Source: Antedon mediterranea
Lineage: Eukaryota; Animalia; Echinodermata
Direction of reading: 5' to 3'
NCBI RefSeq assembly: GCF_964355755.1
Contig: NC_092672.1
Coordinates: 30,882,437-30,946,436 of the forward strand
DNA length: 64,000 nucleotides
Below the pieces are notes generated by a model that was given only the letters and a program-made list of their open reading frames with translations, did no database searches and was not told the origin of the DNA. Made by a program: the position numbers and the translations under genes. Positions 35,201-48,900 of this stretch are shown piece by piece. Position 1 is the first letter of the stretch, and every line of letters starts with the position of its first letter.

Positions 35201-38200
35201 GTAGAATAAATATAGGTCTACGAATTCAGGTAAACCATGGAAATAACAATTAAGAATACACATTAAATAATACTTTATTTTATGATGAATAAATAGTAAA
35301 TAATATTATTTTATTATTTATCTTGAATAAATTATAGGCTACAAGCGTAGCAATTTATTTTTGAATCAATAAATAGATATGATACTAATTCATGAAATAA
35401 TGGATTACTTTAATATTTGAAAGATTAATAACAATATACATACACAAAACGCTAACGATAAAAATGACTGTACAGCATAAATTTACATATTGTCTACAAC
35501 GCATATTTTTATTATAAGCACATTCCGTGATATAATGATTACATAGTTAGAAGAGGTAATAGGAAACTTTACTCTTTGAGAACGCTTAAACGTCGTGGTG
35601 TTCCTTCTGATGATCTTGTGTCAGTGTATTTAGGTGCGGTACGACCAGTTTTAGAATATGCGGTACTCATTTGGATGGTGGTCTTACAATTGATCACATT
35701 AATGCAATCGAACGAGTCCAGAAACATGCCTGTAGAATTGTTTTGGGTAGGAATTATACTGGTTATGACGATGCTTTGGTCACGTTGCGCCTGGATGGTC
35801 TGAGTCACAGGCGTCGGGACCTATGTATTGCCTTTGCTAAATCCATCTTGAATCCTCATTCTAAATTGTTCTCACTTCTTCCTTCCAGGGGTAATGTTGT
35901 GCACTAATACAACACCCGCAATGACGACAGGATTCGCAATGTCAATTGTAATACAGTGCGTCATAGTAACAGTCCTCTACCTTATTTGATTAACTTAATC
36001 AACGAATTTAATTTGTGAGTTGCGCCCTTCGATCCCTTTTTTTTTTAATTGTTATCACTTGCTTTAATGTTATCATGAAATGCAAATCAGCTTGGGACGC
36101 ATGCGTCCCTAAATGCTGCTATATTTTATGATTTTTTTTTGTAAATTTGTTGTTTTCATTTTTGAATAAAGATATACCAGTCAATAAAAATAACAATAAT
36201 ATATAATTTGTATTGTAATTTGTATACTAATACTATTGTAATAATTGTAATACAAAAAAGGAAGACAATAGTATTCCTAGTCTACGACTTTATATGAAAA
36301 ATAAAGGAACCGTCTTCTATAATCATTTTATTAATAGATGTTCAAAAATACCAAATTCACAAACAAAATGGGAAATAGAACTAGGTAAGGTAGACATTGA
36401 TTGGAGTAATGTTAGGTACTATAAAGTTTATAGACTAAAACATATACCCAAAGTTGCTCAATTTAATTTGAAACTTCTGCATAGAATACTACCATGTAAA
36501 AAACGATTGAAAATCTGGAACTTAGTAGGTAATGATTTATGTGATAAATGTATAAACAAGGTTGAAACAGAAAAACACATGTTATATAAATGCAGTGTAA
36601 TTCAATGGATATGGCTTAAATTTAAAAATGTCATAGCTAAGAGCTTTTCAAACGAAGACCCAATAACTTGGACTACAATGATTACTGGATCAAATAACAT
36701 AATTGTAAATGAATTGATTTCATTATTTGTATTCTCTATATATAAGTTGCATATATTAACAAAACCTGAAAAAAAGGAAACAACTATGAAAAAAAGATCT
36801 GGAATCTTTTTATTACTGAAGTAAAGCATTTAATTGAAAATGAGTATAAGTGCTACTACTTTAAAGCTCAAAGTAAATAGGGAGATATAAAGCAAAATCT
36901 CCTTAAATTAATGAAATAAAAAAAATGCTATTTTTATCTCTTAAATACATTGTATATAGGCCTAGTAACTATATTAGTTTTAAGATATGTCATCCGGGTA
37001 TGAAGCGACTCACATACACACAGAGCCAAAATATTACCTTGGACTTGCACTGTGTATGGACTCTAACCTTACGGTTTTCATTATATATATCATTCCATCC
37101 TATCCATTCTAAACACCCTTTTTTCAAGCTTTTGCATTCTTCGTTTTCATCTCATCCATTTTTTTCTTGGTGAAAAGGGAAGATTCTTTATATTCTTCCC
37201 CTGAGTTTATAGCCTCTCTACCCAGACAATGGACACGAACAGAATAAAACAACAATAATAACTTTTTCATAAGTACGTTTTTTTTTTAAATCAATTTTTA
37301 TCGTCAGTTTACTGCCATCGACATATTTTAATTAATTGTATTTTTAAAAATGTATATGAATGTAGATGTGGTTACTTCTTAACATCAAAATAATCTTAGT
37401 CTTATATATACTGTTCAAAAGATATGTATTTTTTTAACAATGTACCTTATAAATAAGAGAATTATATAAATGTGCATATATACATATATTATTTATATTT
37501 ATAGAACTATAATAAAAGTGGGACGAACCCACACAAGACAAAAAAATAATATATAATTTGTTAAATATTAATTGTTTATTTTTCATATTGTACATTTTAT
37601 TGTAACTTAGTTATTGTTTATCGATCACTTAATTTCTTTCTTAATTTATGTATAATTTGCATAAAGTAACAGTAGTAAACAATAGACTAGGCTTACTACA
37701 TTAAAATTATTTATTTTATTTTTAATTTAATTTTATATTTTTATTTTATTATTAAATTATAAATGTAGTGTCCCTCTAAACGTTAAAAAAAATGAAGATT
37801 AATAAAATCATACTTTGAATAGGCCATTTTGTAGTTTTAACAGAGTCATAGAAAAAATGGTTTTCACTTAAAAAATGATAAAATTCAACCAAAAACACAT
37901 TTACTTTTTGCTTTTTTTCAGGTAAATAATTTGTTTGTGATCCACTTTTTTGGTAAAAGTGAAGAACTATTATGTTTCATTAAATCGCATATTAAACAAG
38001 CAGGGAGCAATACATCTTTGATACAATATTTTTGTAATTTTACTATAATTGTTTATGTTATATTAATAGTAATAATTCAGTTATCTTCTCCAATTAACGA
38101 CCAGCGGCCATATATGAACTACTTTAAGAAATCGTTTTTAATTTAAGATATTGAATTTTGGTAACTTACCTTTGAAGAGTGTTGATACTAACGTAACCAA

Positions 38201-38233
38201 AACAAGAAAAGACAAGATACGACAAACAAACAT
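32273..38233 (-). CDS. Secreted PAN/apple + fibrinogen-related domain (FReD) protein, copy A (about 318 aa, 5 exons)
   Basis: Exons 38170-38233 (signal peptide MFVCRILSFLVLVTLVSTLFKG), 34542-34792 (PAN: C-VKR-C..C..C), 33735-33866 (RDC..SGVY..VFCDM..GGGW), 33318-33573 (QNRKDGSVDFYRNWKDYKNGFG..EYWLGNE) and 32273-32526 (MKFSTKDQNND..GAWWFKTC..MKLR). Phases 1/0/0/1, all GT-AG, no stops. Confidence 0.88.
35560..36190 (+). mobile_element. 5'-truncated, frameshifted CR1/L2-group LINE 3' end
   Basis: Overlapping ORFs give LRTLKRRGV..VRPVLEYA..W / IERVQKHACRIV..LSHRRRDLC, followed by a 3' UTR with AATAAA. Confidence 0.8.
36280..36925 (+). mobile_element. L1/Tx1-group LINE 3' fragment (zf-RVT-like region)
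   Basis: ORF 36294-36824: KVAQFNLKLLHRILP..CDKC..ETEKHMLYKC..W is the C-terminal CCHC motif of L1/Tx1 ORF2. A-rich end near 36915-36924. Confidence 0.8.
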
Positions 38234-38380
38234 TTTGTCAACTTTCACTTCAATCTATTATTTCGTTGTTAGATTTTATTTACGATCGGCTGTTTCGCTC
38301 GAAAAAGAATCTTGGCCTATATAATATATATCTGTGTAATAATGTAGTGTGTATGCTAATAGAGGGCGTTTTGTATATTT

Positions 38381-38970
38381 TACCTACGCCACCAAGGAGG
38401 TAATTATTAGTCGATCGCTTGTGTCTGTCTGTTTGTTAGCAGGATTACTCAAAATGTTATTTCAAGATCTTTACCAAAATGAAAATACCGATATTTGGTC
38501 AAGGACCATGCACTCCATTAAATTTTGGAGGCAATCCGAATCAGGGTCCCAAATCTGGAAAACTTTTCAGTATTATTTTCAGATCTGCTAATGTTAAAAG
38601 ACAATTTTCAAAAGCAGTCAAAAGTAACAACAAGGTCTAAACTGAAATTGCATTTTCTCGAGAACTAAAAAACTCCATAAACTGTTGTCATTTTTGTACA
38701 AGAGGCAAGAGTAATAATTTGGGATTTGTAATTTAATGAAATAAATAAATAATTTGATTTAATGTAGGCCTACGGGTTTTTTGATACGAGTAGTTTTTAA
38801 AAACCTATTTCTTTTCAAATTCACCCGTTTGTTTTTGGCGTTGCTGTTCTATTGTTAGTCTGAAACTGAAACTACATAATGGTTATTGAAACTAGCATAA
38901 TCACACACAAAAATAAAAATAATAAATAATTTACAGAAGGCAGAGGTATCCACTCTCGGAGTGGAATTTT
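38381..38970 (+). mobile_element. Second HINE/Helentron-like family element immediately upstream of FReD gene A
   Basis: Starts TACCTACGCCACCAAGGAGGT, contains TGTCTGTCTGTTTGTTAGCAGGATTACTC, and ends GGCAGAGGTAT + hairpin CCACTCTCGGAGTGG. A similar end (GGCGGAGGT..) lies at about 51467. Confidence 0.5.
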
Positions 38971-39234
38971 CAAAACTCTAAATAATAAATTTTAACTTCT
39001 AATTTATTTGTTTAATGCAATACATTTTGCGCGGCGTTTGAATGCGAGGTCCTAGTTAGATAGGCTTAGCGCGCCTATGCTGTATCACCAGAGCTAAGCA
39101 ATTAAGATTAGTATAATAATAGTTTTTTAAAAAAATCCCACGGAACGCCTGTACTATTATTATGTACAGGGATTTTTTTTCAAAAATGGCCAAATCTCAA
39201 CCTTTTTTTTTTTACATAAATGGTTTCTATTTGT

Positions 39235-39905
39235 CTTTAAGATGATTATAACGCAATATATGCGCATATATAACAATATTATTGCATAATAATAGTTTTT
39301 AAAAAGTGCGTATTATTGCAATTTTAAAATAAAGATGATTATGACGCCATTATACGCATATATAGCAATATTGTTGCATAATAACAGTATTTTTAAATTG
39401 CTTATTTTGGCTGTACTATAGTATAGGATTTTTTTTCAAAAATGGGTAAATATTGACATTTTCATTTTTTCATACAATTGTTGCTATACGTCTATAAGAT
39501 GATGATAACGCCATATATGCGCATATATAACAATATTATTGCATAATAACAGTATTTTAAAACAGTGGCCAAATTTAGACTTTGTTATTTTTTGACATAA
39601 ATGGTTACTATATGTCTAGATGATGATTATAACGCCATATATGCGCATATATAGCAATTATTGCATAACAGTATTTTTTAAAGTGCGTAATAATCTACAT
39701 TTTTATTTTTTGACATAAATGGTTACTATACGTCTATAAGATGATTAGAACGCATATATAGCAATATTATGGCATAATAACAAAGTGCGTATTTTGGCCA
39801 TTTTTTTTTAAAGAAAGATGATTATAACGCAATATAATATGTGCATATATAACAATATTATCGCATAATAACAGTATTTTTTAAAGTGCGTATTTTGGCA
39901 ATTTT
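39235..39905. repeat. Degenerate tandem repeat (about 6 units; AAGATGATTATAACGCCATATATGCGCATATATAGCAATATT...)
   Basis: Units start at about 39239, 39332, 39496, 39619, 39738 and 39816. Confidence 0.8.
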
Positions 39906-40008
39906 TTGAAAGCTTAATATTTACACTGGATAAAGATTACAGTAATTTAGCGTATTGACAGCCTGACAGTTTTATTCAGTGCCCGATATTATATACCCGT
40001 AAGTAAGT

Positions 40009-40256
40009 CTAAGCGGCACTTGTTCTTCGCAGTTTCATACTTGCTCGATAATATCGTGTAAATTGACGTTGTCCCATCCAAATAATGCCGAACGCTACTT
40101 GGTTGACGTCATCGAATTTACCATTTAGGTGAACCTCAAAGCACGTATTATACCACCATGCACCAGTATACTTAACAGCACAATTGTAGGTTACTCCGTC
40201 GTTGTCTTGATCTTTGGTTGAAAACGTCATTCCCTTATGATAGATCAAAGAGTCAT
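40009..40256 (-). CDS. Additional intact FReD terminal exon (alternative last exon of gene B, or an orphan)
   Basis: Acceptor TTTCTTCTGTAG, phase 1, open to the stop: DSLIYHKGMTFSTKDQDNDGVTYNCAVKYTGAWWYNTC..RASMKLRRTSAA. No upstream FReD exons were seen between it and gene B. Confidence 0.75.
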
Positions 40257-41286
40257 CTACAGAAGAAATGTTTTATGCACTTTTTTATGTCAATTAACTT
40301 GTTACACAACATACGATTGTCTACATTATGAACAGCTCCCCGGCATGGGTCTGATTAACAAATTCATTTGTGAAAAAAATTAACCTATTCGTATAATGTT
40401 TCAAATTTCCCAACTTGGAAAATTGAGATATCGGCAGGTTTTATGAAACTGTAGAGGGCACTATAATTTCTACAATAAACTGTAGCGGGCGCTATAAAAA
40501 CCTAAATAATATTGCCATCTATTATAATGGTAAACATGGGTATTTCAGACGTGCCAACTCATTATTTCACTTATTACTGGCATGATTGATTATAAACATC
40601 TTATGGACCGACATTAGTTTTTTTTTATTACGCTATCAATATTTAGAGGAATCCTAGTAGAATTTATAAATATAATATGTATACATATCGGGAGATTTTG
40701 TTAGAATTTATCCAAAATATTGTTAGATTGGGAGATGAATCGAACTAATGGGAGACTTATCAGGAGAATTGAAAGGTCTGTGTTTGTTTATAAGTGAAGC
40801 AAATATACGGGTGTACGTTGTTTGGATAACAAATACACTGAGGGATATTTAGGCAAGTCAATTATAAGGAAATTCCTTAAAGATGTAAAAAAAAATCTTT
40901 AAAACATTTTTGTTGAATAAGTCATTTTAATGTAGCATAATAGTTATCCACTTTGACCAAAAATTGGATTAAAAATGGATGAAAAAACTGTAATTTAAAG
41001 TAAATTAAGTAATTAACGAGTCAAAGTCAAGTTGAATAGAACAGTCAGGTACTTTCAACAAAATGAAAACAAAAAGTCTTACCGCGTTTGGAAAATATTT
41101 GTTCTACTGCTTTTGAAATACAACAGCGTCGCCGCGAAGAATAGATTCAATGTGGTGACTGGTATTGCGACAGAAGTACATTTTGGAGAGATATTACTGT
41201 ACTAATTTAGACCAAAAAAAGCATTTAAATTAGCTTTAGATCATTTGTATGATTTTGATTAATGAATATCTCATTGGAAAAATATA

Positions 41287-42256
41287 GACTAGATGAGTGA
41301 ATTCCAGATGCCTGTCAAAGTTTTGTAATGGTATCGCTGCGTTTCTATAGCCTAGCTTGGACTGTTATTATTAGGCTAGGCTTAGGCGCTTTAGCCTAGC
41401 TAGACTTAGTATTGTTTTTCCCATTCAGCAAATACAAAGCATTTATTTGTTTTATAACACTGTTCTAAAGTAAAATGTTATTTAATTAATCAGCTGCTTC
41501 TGTCTTGAATGAATTGCAAACATTTAGTGATATGATTGGATCATCATGGCATTTTATTAGACGGTACATTCTACGTGTGGGCTTTCCTTCTTCCATCTGG
41601 GCTGCTACCGGGTTGATATTGCACAAAATGTCAGTCAGTCAGTTTTGTGGTAGCTTACCACACAACACCATAGTAGATGTTAATAATATACAAGACACAA
41701 TCATTTCAATATAATACTCTGGTAGATGTTAATATTTTATATACACAATGCAACTATTTAATAGGTATATATAGCTATATTAATAGATGTTTATAATACT
41801 GTACCACACAATTTATTCTTAATTTAAACGTAACCTATATATAACAGCTATTTGATAGAAATTGTAGTATAATACTTAATTATAATATACATGATATACA
41901 TATTCTATGATATGTCGATGGCGCACATGTCATAACTATTAATTTTAATTAATTAATTAATTAAATTGATTAAAATCACACTGATAGATAGTAGGCCTAT
42001 TATATAACACCTATATAAATTCCTGTCATTTGATTAGACGATTGTAGGTCACATGGCGTGCAATAGTACGCACTATTGAACGGTCGTTCAATAATTATTT
42101 TTTCGTATACGCCAAAAAAAAACAGCCTAGATGAGTAAAATCCAGATGCCTGTCAAAGTTTCGTAATGGCATCGCTGCGATTCTATAGCCTAGCTTGGAC
42201 CGTTAGTATTAGGCTAAGCCTAGGCGCTTTAGCCTAGCTAGACTTAGTATTGTTTG
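41287..42256. repeat. Direct repeat pair (~130 bp) at about 41287-41418 and 42125-42256
   Basis: CTAGATGAGT..TCCAGATGCCTGTCAAAG..GACTTAGTATTGTTT occurs twice. Confidence 0.7.
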
Positions 42257-42985
42257 GCCGTTTGTTGACATAATTAACACTACAGAAAAATCAAAATAAA
42301 TATAATATTAATATATTATGTTATATAATTATTGCACTTCCCGATTCCATTTCTGTTTATATAGTCTTTCTTCAATTTTTCAACTTTCTTTTTAGCATGC
42401 AAACTTATTTATATTTGTATTAATAAGTTGGAATTGAGTATAGTTTTCATTCAATGGTAGTTTGTCCGTCAATTCTGTCTGAACATTATCATTTTATCAT
42501 AATATCTGGACTTATATATTCCTTCTTGTTAGAACTCAATACTTGCATTATTGGTTAGTAATATTACATTAGTGGTTGATTATTACATTAATGAATGGTA
42601 CAACAATACTGTGTATACTATCAATAACAAGGCTAAATATACTAATTTTCTCTGACAAATGTCTTTGTAAACTAAAATATAAAACAAGAAGCATTTTCTG
42701 AAACGTTGGTCTGGATTTTTTTTTTCAGAAACTGCAATAGTTAAATAATAAAGCATTAGTTATTTCTATCAGACTGCAATATTAACAATATCAACTAACA
42801 TTATTAGTTAATTGTATCAGCAACTGTGCAATAGTAAAAATATAAAATAACATTATTAGTTCCTTGTATATCAGCGACTGTGCAATAGTAAAATGTCAAC
42901 TACAACTATTAGTTCCTTGTATCAGTAACTGGGCAATAGTAAAACTATTAACTAAAATTATTATTATTGTATCAGTAGAACAGTT

Positions 42986-45900
42986 TCAGTAGCTTTTTCT
43001 CCTCAATTTCATGCTAGCCCGATAGTATTTCGTATAACCAGCGTCGTTACCCTTCCATACGATACCAAGAGCATATCCATCCACGTCATCAAACATACCG
43101 TTCAGATGAGTTGTAAAACACTGTTTAAACCACCACGCTCCATTGAACATATCAGAACATGCACCAGGATGTAGATCATTATCCTGGTCTGTAGTTGAAA
43201 ACTTCATTGCTTTATTCAACGTCAAAGAGTCGCCTGTTAATTCGATGATGATAAATGAATACATCAAGTAATACTATTTTCACACTATGAATGTTTTGCA
43301 ATTGTTAATGAGGTTTAAGCAGAAATTTCGTCTGGACACACCCAATGAGAAGAACTTTTTTTCGAGTTATTGACTACGCATGCCTGTTCAACTGACGTGT
43401 CACTTATCAGCTCATGGTAGTATAAGTTATTTTTTCTATCTAATTTCGGGGTATCCCTTTTCTGTTGTAGTGCGAATGGAGTGTAAAAGAAGTGGAAAAG
43501 TAGCGTACGCACAATTGGGAATCGACGTCGGGGCAATGGACGCTTTTGACGCATAGTTCGTTGATACAATTGGGGAATCCCCTTTTAGGACGTGGATTTA
43601 ATAACCTATACCAACTGGTTCTACGACGCTATTTTTCTGTAGTTTGCAAACTTGACTGAAAAACTGCAAACTTTGATGTACCGGCGGTGGGAACTTTACA
43701 ATGAACAGAATAATAGAAAGAAGAATACAAACAGGTCCATCCCAAATTACACTCATAGCGATGTTGTTCAGGCCCTAGCCATGGGAAATTCGGGAGAACC
43801 CCTTCACGTTAGCCTTGAACGCAAATGTGTTTACCAACGGAAAAGGTAGGACGATACGATCGTTTGCCAATTGCGAGCGCGCTATTATTAGAGTGTCATT
43901 TCCGACCAACTACAGGTGCCATTTATCTTGATTTTTACGTGCGAGAGTACACCATTGCCAGCCATCTAGGGGTCATTTAACCAAATTCGCTTTGCCACAG
44001 GCCCCACCATCGGAGGGAGGGGGTCTGTAAAATCAAATACGCAATGTTGGGTCGCGAAAAAATTTTCAAAATAGGATCATGGGGTCGCGGTCAAAAAGGT
44101 TGCGGAACGCTGGTTTAGAGACACGGTACAACTACTATTATACGAAACTAGAGTGACGTTCATACATGGCACAATACGTCTATTCTAAGGTATGTTGATG
44201 TCTAGATATACGGAACAACTACTACTATTTATTTACACAGAACAAGAGTGTTTTTGTACATGGTACAATACGTCTATTCTAGGGTATGTTGATGTCTAAA
44301 TACACGGCACAACTAATACTATTTATTTACACGGAACAAGAGTGTTTTTATACATGGTACAATACGTCTATTGTAGATGTCTAAATACACGGCACAACTA
44401 CTACTATTTATTTACACAGAACAAGAGTGTTTTTGTACATGGCACAATACGTCTATTGTGGATGTCTAGATACACGGCACAACTACTACTGTTTATTTAC
44501 ACGGAACAAGAGTGTTTTTGTACATGGCACAATACGTCTATTGTTGATGTCAAGATACATGGCACAACTACTACTATTTATTTACACGGAACAAGAGTGT
44601 TTTTGTACATGGCACAATACGTCTATTGTTGATGTCTAGATACATGGCACAACTACTACTGTTTATTTACACGGAACAAGAGTGTTTTTGTACATGGCAC
44701 AATACGTCTATTGTTGATGTCTAGATACATGGCACAACTACTACTATTTATTTACACGGAACAAGAGTGTTTTTGTACATGGCACAATACGTCTATTGTT
44801 GATGTCTAGATACATGGCACAACTACTACTATTTATTTACACGGAACAAGAGTGTTTTTGTACATGGTACAATACGTCTATTGTTGATGTCTAGATACTA
44901 AGCCTACAAGATTAGTAATACATATGGGTTGTTTAGTTGTAAAGAAAAAGTCGGTAAATTCAAGTACATTAAAAAAGTAGGAAATATGCCAAATTACACG
45001 TTTACACTTATTTTTATTGCTTTTGGGGGGATTTCTTGTGAAAATCATGTTTTCAATCAATCAGATAGAAATACAAATTAAAGCAAAATAAGCCAAATAA
45101 ATGTTTTTAAAGAAAGTCATTTAAGGGTTTTAAACATAAATATTAAGCTTTTCTTTTTCAAATTCAAATTTTGCTTGATCTGTGCATATGCCTACCTTTG
45201 TTGCCGTCTATATAGGAGGTAAGGTCCATAGTGTATTTTTCATCTTCAGGTCCAATTCTAAAGTTAGAGTACACAGCAAACCCTCCCTCGTCCCCAATAT
45301 CAATCCGCAGATCATACGCAGCCGATGACGTCAGTTGATGGAGGTATTCGTTCCCCAACCAGTATTCACCGCAAACTTCACCAAAACCATTTTTATAATC
45401 TTCCCAATTACGATAAAAATCAACGGACCCGTCTTTTCGATTCTGGAAAACCTGTTATTGATTTGGTTATAAGTATTACAACTATATTAAAGTATGAATG
45501 AAGCAAAATGAAATTAAACTCCACTCCAGCATGGCGCCTATTTGTTGTTTTTTTTTAATTAGATACTATTGTCTTGTAGAAAACACCAGAAAAAAGTTGG
45601 GCGACAAGGTTTGTAGACTAGGTTGTATGCCTTTACGCCCTTAAATACGAATTAAACCGGCCATTGATATTAATTTCTAATTTAACTGAAGTAGGTTATC
45701 TTACCGTCCATCCGCCGCCATCAGTCTCCATATCACAAAACACTTCTTTGATTTCGCACGATTCACACACCTTGATCACATAGACACCGCTTTGTGCTGT
45801 TGGTAAAACGCTTTTTACTTCTGTGCAATCACGGTACTAAAGGAAGATAATTACATGGTTAGGTGAAAAAATGTTACCCAATGCTCCGAAACTGCTTTTC

Positions 45901-48900
45901 CTTACAGGATAAACGTAATTATTTTATCTTGTTGGCTTAGTAGCGGCCTTTTGTTTTCACTATACGACATTCGAAATGTAGCTGTCGAGTCGAAAAGTAA
46001 CAAAAAAAATCATGTGAGCATGCGCATAGACTGTTGCGTAAATTGTGAGGCGTGACGTGAAATGAAAAGTCGCTGCTGTCCGAATTATAAATAATGTAAA
46101 TGTAAATCTTAGGTAAAAACCAAGTTTATCTATAAACTAATTATTGTTTATGCTTTAAAGCTCAGGTACAGGCATGAATTTTAAATAATATCTGATTAAT
46201 TGTACATAAATCAAATATTTGTAACAGAAATCAAGACGAAAAAACAGGAATTTCCCTTAATATGGTCAAATACAAAATTTGGCAAAATTCGGCCATAAAA
46301 ACCAGGAAGACTTTTTTTCAGTAGTTAGGTAGTTTAACCTAATATAATATTATGTCTGGTGACTCCCTAGAAGGTGAAAAAAGATATACGGTGGATAATT
46401 TTTGCTATAGCATGAAAATTGAAGTTGAATCAAATTACCAGAAATGTAAAATTCAAGTTATATTACCTATATTTAGTCATCTGATAACATTTTTTACCAC
46501 ACCGTTTATTTTTCATAGCTTTTTAAAATGCCTCTCTATTTACAAAATGTGTGTACAAAAGAATAGAGATTTTACTGTGAAAACTATCCCCCCACTGATA
46601 CAAAAAAAAAGTGCTTATTTTCAACAAGCTCGTGTAACACAAATAAAATCCCAAAAATTATGAAACATAGGGGAAACTATAGATCGATAATTATTAGAAT
46701 GTATGATCAATAGACATTTTTTGCCCGTACCTGGCCTTTAAAATGTCAAGCTAAACAAATGGAACGAAACTATAAATTCTCCGAAAATGACATTTCACTT
46801 TTCCTTGATATAACCTGCGACTCGCAGCCTGGGCTAAATTAATTGCGCACATAGGTGTGGACAACACATACAACAGCTTCCTTCTCCCTTGTGGGTGAGT
46901 CATAAACGCCCAAATACTCATCCTCTCCAAACACGTGTTGCCTCCATAATATACACGTTTTTGCTTACATGAATAACAGATAAGGCGACTGTCATTGGAC
47001 AATATCCTTCCGGGCGTTTGTACTTCACATTATCTGCGTATAGTCTGCAGGTGCGACTTGTTGAATCATACACCACGTGACTACAAGTTTTTGCAAAGCT
47101 GTGACATCGTTTTACACATGCAATCCTCGTCTTTACATAAGACCACTCCAATACAGATACAGACGATTCTATGTCAAGCTCTGTAGATGACGTCTGTAGA
47201 TATCGCAAACACGTAGGCCCTGTGAACATAAACAACTAAACAATAATTCATTGGAAAACTACGCAAATGAATAGAGGCCAGTGTCTGACATTTCGAAGAT
47301 CTAAGGTCAAAGTTTAGAAAACTTTCACTTGATTGTAGTAAGAGACAAATGCAATAAGAAGACAAGCAGGGCTCATCCAGACTCCAGTTATTTTACAGAG
47401 CTAGGTCTAATTTGGTTTATGAATCACCTCTTTACCCGGGTCAATGTTTAACTCTGACCGGTGTAGTATTTATACAAAATTCTATACTTTAAACAATCTG
47501 CGCCAACATGGCAGTCCAACGTAATGCAGAATTACCAATATTAATTCGTCAGTGTAAAAGTTTTATCTCTTTCCAACAAAATTGTATCAATTTCCTGTTT
47601 TACTTACATGCCTGCATACAGCGAATAGCCTGCTTTATTATGCGCTATACAAGATTTAACTGTTATTATTATTATTGTTAAATAATATATACAGTGAACT
47701 AAACAGTAGCCTAACCTGAATATATTGTCAATTTCTTCAATTGTAAATTACTATTATTATTATTATTATTACAGTATTTTTATATTATATTGCAATTAGT
47801 TTTAATTTATGGGTATTTCGAAGTATAGGTTAAATTACGTTTTTATTATGTCTATAACAAAGTAATAAGTAATCGATAGTTGTTTCGTGTCTCTCATATA
47901 CATTGAGTGGGGTCTACAACAATTCGATTAATAGTGTTCAATGACATATTAATAAAGACTTCAGTATATCTGTTTAAAACAAAGAGAGATATCAGAAAAA
48001 TAATAAATAAATCAGTATTTTTTATTCAATGTCGTAGCTATTTATCAACTGACTCTGTATTATGTGAGTGTTATCCGCTCTGTTATTGAGTATGCTCTTC
48101 CCGGCGTGGAGCACTTATATCACAGGTAATCAATCTAGAACCCTTGAATAAATTCAGCGTAGGGCACTGCGTCTCCTTTGGTTTAGACCATCAGGCTATG
48201 ACACTTACTGGTTTACCCGAACTCTCCAAGCGCCGCAATCGAATTTGCGAGAATTACCGTACTTTATAAAATGGAAACATCCATCCTATAGATTAAATGA
48301 GTTACTTCGAAATGAGAAGTAACATTAGCAGAATTACTCGAGGGCATCACCTGAGATTTTTCAAGCCTACTTTCCATAAAGGATTGAACTGTAGAAGACA
48401 TACCTTCTCGCAACGAGTAATAAACCATTGGAACAGTTTACCAGCCGACGTTGTCAATTCTGAGACCGCTAATACCTTCAAGAATCGCATCGACACAATG
48501 TAGTTGATATGGGGTTTAAAAAGGCACATCGCCTAAACTTTCTCATTATAACTAAACTAAACTAAACTAAACTTCCCCACAAACGGCACATCAAATACTC
48601 GTTTAGAAATGTAAACCCGTTTATGCTCCAGAAAATCAAAACTGAATGAGCAAAACAAATTTATCACCAACTATGTAATTTTCAAAGGGTAGAAACGTCG
48701 GCTGCGTCGCTCGGAGAAAAGCAGATATTTTGTTTGTTATTGAATTGTTTAACAGCAATGGGCAATGTATGAATAAACAAGTCGACGCTACATATGGTAT
48801 CAAGATAAATGATATACATTTAATAGGATTTAAAAATTTTAATAATTTTATGACATGTATAATTTAAAAAAAAAACAGTTTTCTAGGTATTCCACTTCAT

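Noticed and set aside
44119-44898. Regular array resembling CRISPR; ORFs 44342-44632 and 44427-44639
   Set aside because: Units are near-identical over their whole 85 bp with no unique spacers, there are no cas genes, and the context is a eukaryotic intron. It is a minisatellite.
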